A DNA stretch of 64,000 nt from Auanema rhodensis (GCA_964057225.1 OZ059897.1:21700001-21764000); one strand, 5' to 3'; numbered from the stretch's first letter, positions 36,636 through 52,800 are shown. The notes: generated from the letters alone by a model not told the origin. Numbers and translations are program-made.

Positions 36636-39600
36636 GTTTTCAAAATTAGATTCCCCATGTATATATTAGTCTAAAAACAAATTTTTATTGATATTGGTGC
36701 ATGGTAACCATGACTTTGAAATTTACGTGAACTTTAATTTATGCTAATTAAATGTACACGTGATGTGCACTTGGTATGTAACTCGCTTCACGTGAAAGAT
36801 AAAGAGATGAGGTTTTCAAAATTAGATTCCCCATGTCCATATTAGTCTAAAAACAAATTTTTATTGATATTCGTTCATGGTAACCATGACTTTGAAATTT
36901 ACGTGAATTTTAATTTATGCTAATTAAATGTACACGTGATGTGCACTTGGTATGTAACTCGCTTCACGTGAAAGATAAAGAGATGCGGTTTTTAAAATAA
37001 GATTCCCCATGTCCATATTAGTCTAAAAACAAATTTTTATTGATATTGGTGCATGGTAACCATGACTTTGAAATTTACGTGAACTTTAATTTATGCTAAT
37101 TAAATGTACACGTGATGTGCACTTGGTATGTAACTTGCTTCACGTGAAAGATAAAGAGATGCGGTTTACAAAATTAGATTCCCCATGTCCATATTAGTCT
37201 AAAAACAAATTTTTATTGATATTGGTGCATGGCAACCATGACTTTGAAATTTACTTGAACTTTAATTTATGCTAATTAAATGTACACGTGATGTGCACTT
37301 GGTATGTAACTCGCTTCACGTGAAAGATAAAAAGATGCGGTTTTCAAAATTAGATTCCCCATGTCCATATTAGTCTAAAAACAAATTTTTATTGATATTG
37401 GTGCATGGTAACCATGACTTTGAAATTCACGTGAACTTTAATTTATGCTAATTAAATGTACACGTAATGTGCACTTGGTATGTAACTCGCTTCACGTGAA
37501 AGATGAAGAGATGCGGTTTTCAAAATTAGATTCCCCATGTCCATATTAGTCTAAAAACAAATTTTTATTGATATTGGTTCATGGTAACCATGACTTTGAA
37601 ATTTACGTGAACTTTGATTTATGCTAATTAAATGTACACGTGATGTGCACTTGGTATGTAACTCGCTTCACGTGAAAGATAAAGAGATGCGGTTTTCAAA
37701 ATTAGATTCCCCATGTATATATTAGTCTAAAAACAAATTTTTATTGATATTGGTGCATGGTAACCATGACTTTGAAATTTACGTGAACTTTAATTTATGC
37801 TAATTAAATGTACACGTGATGTGCACTTGGTATGTAACTCGCTTCACGTGAAAGATAAAGAGATGCGGTTTTCAAAATTAGATTCCCCATGTCCATATTA
37901 GTCTAAAAACAAATTTTTATTGATATTGGTTCATGGTAACCATGACTTTGAAATTTACGTGAACTTCAATTTATGCTAATTAAATGTACACGTGATGTGC
38001 ACTTGGTATGTAACTTGCTTCACGTGAAAGATAAAGAGATGCGGTTTTCAAAATTAGATTCCCCATGTCCATATTAGTCTAAAAACAAATTTTTATTAAT
38101 ATTGGTGCATGGTAACCATGACTTTGAAATTTACGTGAACTTTAATTTATGCTAATTAAATGTACACGTGATGTGCACTTGGTATGTAACTCGCTTCACG
38201 TGAAAGATAAAGAGATGCGGTTTTCAAAATTAGATTCCCCATGTCCATATTAGTCTTAAAACAAATTTTTATTGATATTGGTGCATGGTATCCATGACTT
38301 TGAAATTTACGTGAACTTTAATTTATGCTAATTAAATGTACACGTGATGTGCACTTGGTATGTAACTCGCTTCACGTGAAAGATAAAGAGATGCGGTTTT
38401 CAAAATTAGATTCTCCATGTCCATATTAGTCTACAAACAAATTTTTATTGATATTGGTGCATGGTAACCATGACTTTGAAATTTACGTGAACTTTAATTT
38501 ATGCTAATTAAATGTACACGTGATGTGCACTTGGTATGTAACTCGCTTCACGTGAAAGATAAAAAGATGCGGTTTTCAAAATTAGATTCTCCATGTCCAT
38601 ATTAGTCTACAAACAAATTTTTATTGATATTGGTGCATGGTAACCATGACTTTGAAATTTACTTGAACTTTAATTTATGCTAATTAAATGTACACGTGAT
38701 GTGCACTTGGTATGTAACTCGCTTCACGTGAAAGATAAAAAGATGCGGTTTTCAAAATTAGATTCCCCATGTCCATATTAGTCTAAAAACAAATTTTTAT
38801 TGATATTGGTGCATGGCAACCATGACTTTGAAATTTACTTGAACTTTAATTTATGCTAATTAAATGTACACGTGATGTGCACTTGGTATGTAACTCGCTT
38901 CACGTGAAAGATAAAAAGATGCGGTTTTCAAAATTAGATTCCCCATGTCCATATTAGTCTAAAAACAAATTTTTATTGATATTGGTTCATGGTAACCATG
39001 ACTTTGAAATTTACGTGAACTTAAATTTATGCTAATTAAATGTACACGTGATGTGCACTTGGTATGTAACTTGCTTCACGTGAAAGATAAAGAGATGCGG
39101 TTTTCGAAATTAGATTCCCCATGTCCATATTAGTCTAAAAACAAATTTTTATTGATATTGGTGCATGGTAACCATGACTTTGAAATTTACGTGAACTTAA
39201 ATTTATGCTAATTAAATGTACACGTGATGTTCACTTGGTATGTAACTTGCTTCACGTGAAAGATAAAGAGATGCGGTTTTCAAAATTAGATTCCCCATGT
39301 CCATATTAGTCTAAAAACAAATTTTTATTGATATTGGTGCATGGTAACCATGACTTTGAAATTTACGTGAACTTTAATTTATGCTAATTAAATGTACACG
39401 TGATGTTCACTTGGTATGTAACTCGCTTCACGTGTAAGATAAAGAGATGCGGTTTTCAAAATTAGATTCCCCATGTCCATATTAGTCTAAAAACAAATTT
39501 TTATTGATATTGGTGCATGGTAACCATGACTTTGAAATTTACGTGAACTTAAATTTATGCTAATTAAATGTACACGTGATGTGCACTTGGTATGTAACTT

Positions 39601-42600
39601 GCTTCACGTGAAAGATAAAGAGATGCGGTTTTCAAAATTAGATTCCCCATGTCCATATTAGTCTAAAAACAAATTTTTATTGATATTGGTGTATGGTAAC
39701 CATGACTTTGAAATTTACGTGAACTTTAATTTATGCTAATTAAATGTACACGTGATGTGCACTTGGTATGTAACTCGCTTCACGTGAAAGACAAAGAGAT
39801 GCGGTTTTCAAAATTAGATTCCCCATTTCCATATTAGTCTAAAAACAAATTTTTATTGATATTGGTGCATGGTAACCATGACTTTGAAATTTACGTGAAC
39901 TTTAATTTATGCTAATTAAATGTACACGTGATGTGCACTTGGTATATAACTCGCTTCACGTGAAAGATAAAGAGATGCGGTTTTCAAAATTAGATTCTCC
40001 ATGTCCATATTAGTCTAAACACAAATTTTTATCGATATTGGTGCATGGTAACCATGACTTTGAAATTCACGTGAACTTTAATTTATGCTAATTAAATGTA
40101 CACGTGATGTGCACTTGGTATGTAACTCGCTTCACGTGAAAGATAAAGAGATGCGGTTTTCAAAATTAGATTCCCCATGTCCATATTAGTCTAAAAACAA
40201 ATTTTTATTGATATTGGTTCATGGTAACCATGACTTTGAAATTTACGTGAACTTTAATTTATGCTAATTAAATGTACACGTGATGTGCACTTGGTATGTA
40301 ACTCGCTTCACGTGAAAGATAAAGAGATGCGGTTTTTAAAATTAGATTCCCCATGTCCATATTAGTCTAAAAACAAATTTTTATTGATATTGGTGCATGG
40401 TAACCATGACTTTGAAATATACGTGAACTTTAATTTATGCTAATTAAATGTACACGTGATGTGCGCTTAGTATGTAACTCGCTTCACGTGAAAGATAAAG
40501 AGATGCGGTTTTCAAAATTAGATTCCCCATGTATATATTAGTCTAAAAACAAATTTTTATTGATATTGGTGCATGGTAACCATGACTTTGAAATTTACGT
40601 GAACTTTAATTTATGCTAATTAAATGTACACGTGATGTGCACTTGGTATGTAACTCGCTTCACGTGAAAGATAAAGAGATGAGGTTTTCAAAATTAGATT
40701 CCCCATGTCCATATTAGTCTAAAAACAAATTTTTATTGATATTCGTTCATGGTAACCATGACTTTGAAATTTACGTGAATTTTAATTTATGCTAATTAAA
40801 TGTACACGTGATGTGCACTTGGTATGTAACTCGCTTCACGTGAAAGATAAAGAGATGCGGTTTTTAAAATAAGATTCCCCATGTCCATATTAGTCTAAAA
40901 ACAAATTTTTATTGATATTGGTGCATGGTAACCATGACTTTGAAATTTACGTGAACTTTAATTTATGCTAATTAAATGTACACGTGATGTGCACTTGGTA
41001 TGTAACTTGCTTCACGTGAAAGATAAAGAGATGCGGTTTACAAAATTAGATTCCCCATGTCCATATTAGTCTAAAAACAAATTTTTATTGATATTGGTGC
41101 ATGGCAACCATGACTTTGAAATTTACTTGAACTTTAATTTATGCTAATTAAATGTACACGTGATGTGCACTTGGTATGTAACTCGCTTCACGTGAAAGAT
41201 AAAAAGATGCGGTTTTCAAAATTAGATTCCCCATGTCCATATTAGTCTAAAAACAAATTTTTATTGATATTGGTGCATGGTAACCATGACTTTGAAATTC
41301 ACGTGAACTTTAATTTATGCTAATTAAATGTACACGTAATGTGCACTTGGTATGTAACTCGCTTCACGTGAAAGATGAAGAGATGCGGTTTTCAAAATTA
41401 GATTCCCCATGTCCATATTAGTCTAAAAACAAATTTTTATTGATATTGGTTCATGGTAACCATGACTTTGAAATTTACGTGAACTTTAATTTATGCTAAT
41501 TAAATGTACATGTGATGTGCACTTGGTATGTAACTCGCTTCACGTGAAAGATAAAGAGATGCGGTTTTCAAAATTAGATTCCCCATGTATATATTAGTCT
41601 AAAAACAAATTTTTATTGATATTGGTGCATGGTAACCATGACTTTGAAATTTACGTGAACTTTAATTTATGCTAATTAAATGTACACGTGATGTGCACTT
41701 GGTATGTAACTCGCTTCACGTGAAAGATAAAGAGATGCGGTTTTCAAAATTAGATTCCCCATGTCCATATTAGTCTAAAAACAAATTTTTATTGATATTG
41801 GTTCATGGTAACCATGACTTTGAAATTTACGTGAACTTCAATTTATGCTAATTAAATGTACACGTGATGTGCACTTGGTATGTAACTTGCTTCACGTGAA
41901 AGATAAAGAGATGCGGTTTTCAAAATTAGATTCCCCATGTCCATATTAGTCTAAAAACAAATTTTTATTAATATTGGTGCATGGTAACCATGACTTTGAA
42001 ATTTACGTGAACTTTAATTTATGCTAATTAAATGTACACGTGATGTGCACTTGGTATGTAACTCGCTTCACGTGAAAGATAAAGAGATGCGGTTTTCAAA
42101 ATTAGATTCCCCATGTCCATATTAGTCTTAAAACAAATTTTTATTGATATTGGTGCATGGTATCCATGACTTTGAAATTTACGTGAACTTTAATTTATGC
42201 TAATTAAATGTACACGTGATGTGCACTTGGTATGTAACTCGCTTCACGTGAAAGATAAAGAGATGCGGTTTTCAAAATTAGATTCTCCATGTCCATATTA
42301 GTCTACAAACAAATTTTTATTGATATTGGTGCATGGTAACCATGACTTTGAAATTTACGTGAACTTTAATTTATGCTAATTAAATGTACACGTGATGTGC
42401 ACTTGGTATGTAACTCGCTTCACGTGAAAGATAAAAAGATGCGGTTTTCAAAATTAGATTCTCCATGTCCATATTAGTCTACAAACAAATTTTTATTGAT
42501 ATTGGTGCATGGTAACCATGACTTTGAAATTTACTTGAACTTTAATTTATGCTAATTAAATGTACACGTGATGTGCACTTGGTATGTAACTCGCTTCACG

Positions 42601-42971
42601 TGAAAGATAAAAAGATGCGGTTTTCAAAATTAGATTCCCCATGTCCATATTAGTCTAAAAACAAATTTTTATTGATATTGGTGCATGGCAACCATGACTT
42701 TGAAATTTACTTGAACTTTAATTTATGCTAATTAAATGTACACGTGATGTGCACTTGGTATGTAACTCGCTTCACGTGAAAGATAAAAAGATGCGGTTTT
42801 CAAAATTAGATTCCCCATGTCCATATTAGTCTAAAAACAAATTTTTATTGATATTGGTTCATGGTAACCATGACTTTGAAATTTACGTGAACTTAAATTT
42901 ATGCTAATTAAATGTACACGTGATGTGCACTTGGTATGTAACTCGCTTCACGTGAAAGATAAAGAGATGCG
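36636..42971 (+). repeat. 14-monomer (2464-bp) block at 36636-39099 repeated at 40508-42971 (offset 22 monomers)
   Basis: Same marker order in both: GTATATA+GATGAGG, ATTCGTTC+GAATTTT, TAAAATAAGA, TTTACAAA+GGCAAC+ACTTGA, CGTAATG, T64, GTATATA, CTTCAAT, ATTAATATT, TCTTAAAA+GGTATCC, TTCTCC+CTACAAA x2, GGCAAC, CTTAAA. Confidence 0.88.
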
Positions 42972-45900
42972 GTTTTCAAAATTAGATTCCCCATGTCCAT
43001 ATTAGTCTAAAAACAAATTTTTATTGATATTGGTTCATGGTAACCATGACTTTGAAATTTACGTGAACTTTAATTTATGCTAATTAAATGTACACGTGAT
43101 GTGCACTTGGTATGTAACTCGCTTTACGTGAAAGATAAAGAGATGCGGTTTTCGAAATTAGATTCCCCATGTCCATATTAGTCTAAAAACAAATTTTTAT
43201 TGATATTGGTTCATGGTAACCATGACTTTGAAATTTACGTGAACTTTAATTTATGCTAATTAAATGTACACGTGATGTGCACTTGGTATGTAACTCGCTT
43301 CACGTGAAAGATAAAGAGATGCGGTTTTCAAAATTAGATTCCCCATGTATATATTAGTCTAAAAACAAATTTTTATTGATATTGGTGCATGGTAACCATG
43401 ACTTTGAAATTTACGTGAACTTTAATTTATGCTAATTAAATGTACACGTGATGTGCACTTGGTATGTAACTCGCTTCACGTGAAAGATAAAGAGATGAGG
43501 TTTTCAAAATTAGATTCCCCATGTCCATATTAGTCTAAAAACAAATTTTTATTGATATTCGTTCATGGTAACCATGACTTTGAAATTTACGTGAACTTCA
43601 ATTTATGCTAATTAAATGTACACGTGATGTGCACTTGGTATGTAACTCGCTTCACGTGAAAGATAAAGAGATGCGGTTTTTAAAATAAGATTCCCCATGT
43701 CCATATTAGTCTAAAAACAAATTTTTATTGATATTGGTGCATGTTAACCATGACTTTGAAATTCACGTGAACTTTAATTTATGCTAATTAAATGTACACG
43801 TAATGTGCACTTGGTATGTAACTCGCTTCACGTGAAAGATGAAGAGATGCGGTTTTCAAAATTAGATTCCCCATGTCCATATTAGTCTAAAAACAAATTT
43901 TTATTGATATTGGTTCATGGTAACCATGACTTTGAAATTTACGTGAACTTTAATTTATGCTAATTAAATGTACACGTGATGTGCACTTGGTATGTAACTC
44001 GCTTCACGTGAAAGATAAAGAGATGCGGTTTTCAAAATTAGATTCCCCATGTATATATTAGTCTAAAAACAAATTTTTATTGATATTGGTGCATGGTAAC
44101 CATGACTTTGAAATTTACGTGAACTTTAATTTATGCTAATTAAATGTACACGTGATGTGCACTTGGTATGTAACTCGCTTCACGTGAAAGATAAAGAGAT
44201 GCGGTTTTCAAAATTAGATTCCCCATGTCCATATTAGTCTAAAAACAAATTTTTATTGATATTGGTTCATGGTAACCATGACTTTGAAATTTACGTGAAC
44301 TTCAATTTATGCTAATTAAATGTACACGTGATGTGCACTTGGTATGTAACTTGCTTCACGTGAAAGATAAAGAGATGCGGTTTTCAAAATTAGATTCCCC
44401 ATGTCCATATTAGTCTAAAAACAAATTTTTATTAATATTGGTGCATGGTAACCATGACTTTGAAATTTACGTGAACTTTAATTTATGCTAATTAAATGTA
44501 CACGTGATGTGCACTTGGTATGTAACTCGCTTCACGTGAAAGATAAAGAGATGCGGTTTTCAAAATTAGATTCCCCATGTCCATATTAGTCTTAAAACAA
44601 ATTTTTATTGATATTGGTGCATGGTATCCATGACTTTGAAATTTACGTGAACTTTAATTTATGCTAATTAAATGTACACGTGATGTGCACTTGGTATGTA
44701 ACTCGCTTCACGTGAAAGATAAAGAGATGCGGTTTTCAAAATTAGATTCTCCATGTCCATATTAGTCTACAAACAAATTTTTATTGATATTGGTGCATGG
44801 TAACCATGACTTTGAAATTTACGTGAACTTTAATTTATGCTAATTAAATGTACACGTGATGTGCACTTGGTATGTAACTCGCTTCACGTGAAAGATAAAA
44901 AGATGCGGTTTTCAAAATTAGATTCTCCATGTCCATATTAGTCTACAAACAAATTTTTATTGATATTGGTGCATGGTAACCATGACTTTGAAATTTACTT
45001 GAACTTTAATTTATGCTAATTAAATGTACACGTGATGTGCACTTGGTATGTAACTCGCTTCACGTGAAAGATAAAAAGATGCGGTTTTCAAAATTAGATT
45101 CCCCATGTCCATATTAGTCTAAAAACAAATTTTTATTGATATTGGTGCATGGCAACCATGACTTTGAAATTTACTTGAACTTTAATTTATGCTAATTAAA
45201 TGTACACGTGATGTGCACTTGGTATGTAACTCGCTTCACGTGAAAGATAAAAAGATGCGGTTTTCAAAATTAGATTCCCCATGTCCATATTAGTCTAAAA
45301 ACAAATTTTTATTGATATTGGTTCATGGTAACCATGACTTTGAAATTTACGTGAACTTAAATTTATGCTAATTAAATGTACACGTGATGTGCACTTGGTA
45401 TGTAACTCGCTTCACGTGAAAGATAAAGAGATGCGGTTTTCAAAATTAGATTCCCCATGTCCATATTAGTCTAAAAACAAATTTTTATTGATATTGGTGC
45501 ATGGTAACCATGACTTTGAAATTTACGTGAACTTTAATTTATGCTAATTAAATGTACACGTGATGTGCACTTGGTATGTAACTCGCTTCACGTGAAAGAT
45601 AAAAAGATGCGGTTTTCAAAATTAGATTCTCCATGTCCATATTAGTCTACAAACAAATTTTTATTGATATTGGTGCATGGTAACCATGACTTTGAAATTT
45701 ACTTGAACTTTAATTTATGCTAATTAAATGTACACGTGATGTGCACTTGGTATGTAACTCGCTTCACGTGAAAGATAAAAAGATGCGGTTTTCAAAATTA
45801 GATTCCCCATGTCCATATTAGTCTAAAAACAAATTTTTATTGATATTGGTGCATGGCAACCATGACTTTGAAATTTACTTGAACTTTAATTTATGCTAAT

Positions 45901-48900
45901 TAAATGTACACGTGATGTGCACTTGGTATGTAACTCGCTTCACGTGAAAGATAAAAAGATGCGGTTTTCAAAATTAGATTCCCCATGTCCATATTAGTCT
46001 AAAAACAAATTTTTATTGATATTGGTTCATGGTAACCATGACTTTGAAATTTACGTGAACTTAAATTTATGCTAATTAAATGTACACGTGATGTGCACTT
46101 GGTATGTAACTCGCTTCACGTGAAAGATAAAGAGATGCGGTTTTCAAAATTAGATTCCCCATGTCCATATTAGTCTAAAAACAAATTTTTATTGATATTG
46201 GTTCATGGTAACCATGACTTTGAAATTTACGTGAACTTTAATTTATGCTAATTAAATGTACACGTGATGTGCACTTGGTAAGTAACTCGCTTTACGTGAA
46301 AGATAAAGAGATGCGGTTTTCGAAATTAGATTCCCCATGTCCATATTAGTCTAAAAACAAATTTTTATTGATATTGGTGCATGGTAACCATGACTTTGAA
46401 ATTCACGTGAACTTTAATTTATGCTAATTAAATGTACACGTGATGTGCACTTGGTATGTAACTCGCTTCACGTGAAAGATGAAGAGATGCGGTTTTCAAA
46501 ATTAGATTCCCCATGTATATATTAGTCTAAAAACAAATTTTTATTGATATTGGTGCATGGTAACCATGACTTTGAAATTTACGTGAACTTTAATTTATGC
46601 TAATTAAATGTACACGTGATGTGCACTTGGTATGTAACTCGCTTTACGTGAAAGATAAAGAGATGCGGTTTTCGAAATTAGATTCCCCATGTCCATATTA
46701 GTCTAAAAACAAATTTTTATTGATATTGGTGCATGGTAACCATGACTTTGAAATTCACGTGAACTTTAATTTATGCTAATTAAATGTACACGTGATGTGC
46801 ACTTGGTATGTAACTCGCTTCACGTGAAAGATGAAGAGATGCGGTTTTCAAAATTAGATTCCCCATGTCCATATTAGTCTAAAAACAAATTTTTATTGAT
46901 ATTGGTTCATGGTAACCATGACTTTGAAATTTACGTGAACTTTAATTTATGCTAATTAAATGTACACGTGATGTGCACTTGGTATGTAACTCGCTTCACG
47001 TGAAAGATAAAGAGATGCGGTTTTCAAAATTAGATTCCCCATGTATATATTAGTCTAAAAACAAATTTTTATTGATATTGGTGCATGGTAACCATGACTT
47101 TGAAATTTACGTGAACTTTAATTTATGCTAATTAAATGTACACGTGATGTGCACTTGGTATGTAACTCGCTTCACGTGAAAGATAAAGAGATGCGGTTTT
47201 CAAAATTAGATTCCCCATGTCCATATTAGTCTAAAAACAAATTTTTATTGATATTGGTTCATGGTAACCATGACTTTGAAATTTACGTGAACTTCAATTT
47301 ATGCTAATTAAATGTACACGTGATGTGCACTTGGTATGTAACTTGCTTCACGTGAAAGATAAAGAGATGCGGTTTTCAAAATTAGATTCCCCATGTCCAT
47401 ATTAGTCTAAAAACAAATTTTTATTAATATTGGTGCATGGTAACCATGACTTTGAAATTTACGTGAACTTTAATTTATGCTAATTAAATGTACACGTGAT
47501 GTGCACTTGGTATGTAACTCGCTTCACGTGAAAGATAAAGAGATGCGGTTTTCAAAATTAGATTCCCCATGTCCATGTTAGTCTAAAAACAAATTTTTAT
47601 TGATATTGGTTCATGGTAACCATGACTTTGAAATTTACGTGAACTTTAATTTATGCTAATTAAATGTACACGTGATGTGCACTTGGTATGTAACTCGCTT
47701 CACGTGAAAGATAAAGAGATGCGGTTTTCAAAATTAGATTCCCCATGTATATATTAGTCTAAAAACAAATTTTTATTGATATTGGTGCATGGTAACCATG
47801 ACTTTGAAATTTACGTGAACTTTAATTTATGCTAATTAAATGTACACGTGATGTGCACTTGGTATGTAACTCGCTTCACGTGAAAGATAAAGAGATGCGG
47901 TTCTCAAAATTAGATTCCCCATGTCCATATTAGTCTAAAAACAAATTTTTATTGATATTGGTTCATGGTAACCATGACTTTGAAATTTACGTGAACTTCA
48001 ATTTATGCTAATTAAATGTACACGTGATGTGCACTTGGTATGTAACTTGCTTCACGTGAAAGATAAAGAGATGCGGTTTTCAAAATTAGATTCCCCATGT
48101 CCATATTAGTCTAAAAACAAATTTTTATTAATATTGGTGCATGGTAACCATGACTTTGAAATTTACGTGAACTTTAATTTATGCTAATTAAATGTACACG
48201 TGATGTGCACTTGGTATGTAACTCGCTTCACGTGAAAGATAAAGAGATGCGGTTTTCAAAATTAGATTCCCCATGTCCATATTAGTCTTAAAACAAATTT
48301 TTATTGATATTGGTGCATGGTATCCATGACTTTGAAATTTACGTGAACTTTAATTTATGCTAATTAAATGTACACGTGATGTGCACTTGGTATGTAACTC
48401 GCTTCACGTGAAAGATAAAGAGATGCGGTTTTCATAATTAGATTCTCCATGTCCATATTAGTCTACAAACAAATTTTTATTGATATTGGTGCATGGTAAC
48501 CATGACTTTGAAATTTACGTGAACTTTAATTTATGCTAATTAAATGTACACGTGATGTGCACTTGGTATGTAACTCGCTTCACGTGAAAGATAAAGAGAT
48601 GCGGTTTTCAAAATTAGATTCTCCATGTCCATATTAGTCTACAAACAAATTTTTATTGATATTGGTGCATGGTAACCATGACTTTGAAATTTACGTGAAC
48701 TTTAATTTATGCTAATTAAATGTACACGTGATGTGCACTTGGTATGTAACTCGCTTCACGTGAAAGATAAAGAGATGCGGTTTTCAAAATTAGATTCTCC
48801 ATGTCCATATTAGTCTACAAACAAATTTTTATTGATATTGGTGCATGGTAACCATGACTTTGAAATTTACGTGAACTTTAATTTATGCTAATTAAATGTA

Positions 48901-49835
48901 CACGTGATGTGCACTTGGTATGTAACTCGCTTCACGTGAAAGATAAAGAAATGCGGTTTTCAAAATTAGATTCCCCATGTCCATATTAGTCTAAAAACAA
49001 ATTTTTATTGATATTGGTTCATGGTAACCATGACTTTGAAATTTACGTGAACTTTAATTTATGCTAATTAAATGTACACGTGATGTGCACTTGGTATGTA
49101 ACTCGCTTCACGTGAAAGATAAAGAGATGCGGTTTTTAAAATTAGATTCCCCATGTCCATATTAGTCTAAAAACAAATTTTTATTGATATTGGTGCATGG
49201 TAACCATGACTTTGAAATTTACGTGAACTTTAATTTATGCTAATTAAATGTACACGTGATGTGCACTTGGTATGTAACTCGCTTCACGTGAAAGATAAAG
49301 AGATGCGGTTTTCAAAATTAGATTCTCCATGTCCATATTAGTCTAAAAACAAATTTTTATTGATATTGGTTCATGGTAACCATGACTTTGAATTTTACGT
49401 GAACTTAAATTTATGCTAATTAAATGTACACGTGATGTGCACTTGGTATGTAACTTGCTTCACGTGAAAGATAAAGAGATGCGGTTTACAAAATTAGATT
49501 CCCCATGTCCATATTAGTCTAAAAACAAATTTTTATTGATATTGGTGCATGGCAACCATGACTTTGAAATTTACTTGAACTTTAATTTATGCTAATTAAA
49601 TGTACACGTGATGTGCACTTGGTATGTAACTCGCTTCACGTGAAAGATAAAGAGATGCGGTTTTCAAAATTAGATTCCACATGTCCATATTAGTCTAAAA
49701 ACAAATTTTTATTGATATTGGTTCATGGTAACCATGACTTTGAAATTTACGTGAACTTAAATTTATGCTAATTAAATGTACACGTGATGTGCACTTGGTA
49801 TGTAACTCGCTTCACGTGAAAGATAAAGAGATGCG

Positions 49836-52800
49836 GTTTTCAAAATTAGATTCCACATGTCCATATTAGTCTAAAAACAAATTTTTATTGATATTGGTTC
49901 ATGGTAACCATGACTTTGAAATTTACGTGAACTTAAATTTATGCTAATTAAATGTACACGTGATGTGCACTTGGTATGTAACTCGCTTCACGTGAAAGAT
50001 AAAGAGATGCGGTTTTCAAAATTAGATTCCCCATGTCCATATTAGTCTAAAAACAAATTTTTGTTGATATTGGTTTATGGTAACCATGACTTTGAAATTT
50101 ACGTGAACTTTAATTTATGCTAATTAAATGTACACGTGATGTGCACTTGGTATGTAACTCGCTTCACGTGAAAGATAAAGAGATGCGGTTTTCAAAATTA
50201 GATTCCCCATCTCCATATTAGTCTAAAAACAAATTTTTATTGATATTGGTGCATGGTAACCATGACTTTGAAATTCACGTGAACTTTAATTTATGATAAT
50301 TAAATGTACACGTGATGTGCACTTGGTATGTAACTCGCTTCACGTGAAAGATAAAGAGATGCGGTTTTCAAAATTAGATTCCCCATGTCCATATTAGTCT
50401 AAAAACGAATTTTTATTGATATTGGTTCATGGTAACCATGACTTTGAAATTTACGTGAACTTTAATTTATGCTAACTAAATGTACACGTGATGTGCACTT
50501 GGTATGTAACTCGCTTCACGTGAAAGATAAAGAGATGCGGTTTTTAAAATTAGATTCCCCATGTCCATATTAGTCTAAAAACAAATTTTTATTGATATTG
50601 GTGCATGGTAACCATGACTTTGAAATTTACGTGAACTTTAATTTATGCTAATTAAATGTACACGTGATGTGCACTTGGTATGTAACTCGCTTCACGTGAA
50701 AGATAAAGAGATGCGGTTTTCAAAATTAGATTCCCCATGTCCATATTAGTCTAAAAACAAATTTTTATTGATATTGGTGCATGGTAACCATGACTTTGAA
50801 ATTTACGTGAACTTTAATTTTTCCTAATTAAATGTACACGTGATGTGCACTTGGTATGTAACTCGCTTCACGTGGAAGATAAAGAGATGCGGTTTTCAAA
50901 ATTAGATTCCCCATGTCCATATTAGTCTAAAAACAAATTTTTATTGATATTGGTTCATGGTAACCATGACTTTGAAATTTACGTGAACTTCAATTTATGC
51001 TAATTAAATGTACACGTGATGTGCACTTGGTATGTAACTCGCTTCACGTGAAAGATAAAGAGATGCGGTTTTCAAAATTAGATTCTCCATGTCCATATTA
51101 GTCTACAAACAAATTTTTATTGATATTGGTGCATGGTAACCATGACTTTGAAATTTACGTGAACTTTAATTTATGCTAATTAAATGTACACGTGATGTGC
51201 ACTTGGTATGTAACTCGCTTCACGTGAAAGATAAAGAGATGCGGTTTTCAAAATTAGATTCTCCATGTCCATATTAGTCTACAAACAAATTTTTATTGAT
51301 ATTGGTGCATGGTAACCATGACTTTGAAATTTACGTGAACTTTAATTTATGCTAATTAAATGTACACGTGATGTGCACTTGGTATGTAACTCGCTTCACG
51401 TGAAAGATAAAGAAATGCGGTTTTCAAAATTAGATTCCCCATGTCCATATTAGTCTAAAAACAAATTTTTATTGATATTGGTTCATGGTAACCATGACTT
51501 TGAAATTTACGTGAACTTTAATTTATGCTAATTAAATGTACACGTGATGTGCACTTGGTATGTAACTCGCTTCACGTGAAAGATAAAGAGATGCGGTTTT
51601 TAAAATTAGATTCCCCATGTCCATATTAGTCTAAAAACAAATTTTTATTGATATTGGTGCATGGTAACCATGACTTTGAAATTTACTTGAACTTTAATTT
51701 ATGCTAATTAAATGTACACGTGATGTGCACTTGGTATGTAACTCGCTTCACGTGAAAGATAAAGAGATGCGGTTTTCAAAATTAGATTCCACATGTCCAT
51801 ATTAGTCTAAAAACAAATTTTTATTGATATTGGTTCATGGTAACCATGACTTTGAAATTTACGTGAACTTAAATTTATGCTAATTAAATGTACACGTGAT
51901 GTGCACTTGGTATGTAACTCGCTTCACGTGAAAGATAAAGAGATGCGGTTTTCAAAATTAGATTCCCCATGTCCATATTAGTCTAAAAACAAATTTTTGT
52001 TGATATTGGTTTATGGTAACCATGACTTTGAAATTTACGTGAACTTTAATTTATGCTAATTAAATGTACACGTGATGTGCACTTGGTATGTAACTCGCTT
52101 CACGTGAAAGATAAAGAGATGCGGTTTTCAAAATTAGATTCCCCATCTCCATATTAGTCTAAAAACAAATTTTTATTGATATTGGTGCATGGTAACCATG
52201 ACTTTGAAATTCACGTGAACTTTAATTTATGCTAATTAAATGTACACGTGATGTGCACTTGGTATGTAACTCGCTTCACGTGAAAGATAAAGAGATGCGG
52301 TTTTCAAAATTAGATTCCCCATGTCCATATTAGTCTAAAAACGAATTTTTATTGATATTGGTTCATGGTAACCATGACTTTGAAATTTACGTGAACTTTA
52401 ATTTATGCTAACTAAATGTACACGTGATGTGCACTTGGTATGTAACTCGCTTCACGTGAAAGATAAAGAGATGCGGTTTTTAAAATTAGATTCCCCATGT
52501 CCATATTAGTCTAAAAACAAATTTTTATTGATATTGGTGCATGGTAACCATGACTTTGAAATTTACGTGAACTTTAATTTATGCTAATTAAATGTACACG
52601 TGATGTGCACTTGGTATGTAACTCGCTTCACGTGAAAGATAAAGAGATGCGGTTTTCAAAATTAGATTCCCCATGTCCATATTAGTCTAAAAACAAATTT
52701 TTATTGATATTGGTGCATGGTAACCATGACTTTGAAATTTACGTGAACTTTAATTTTTCCTAATTAAATGTACACGTGATGTGCACTTGGTATGTAACTC

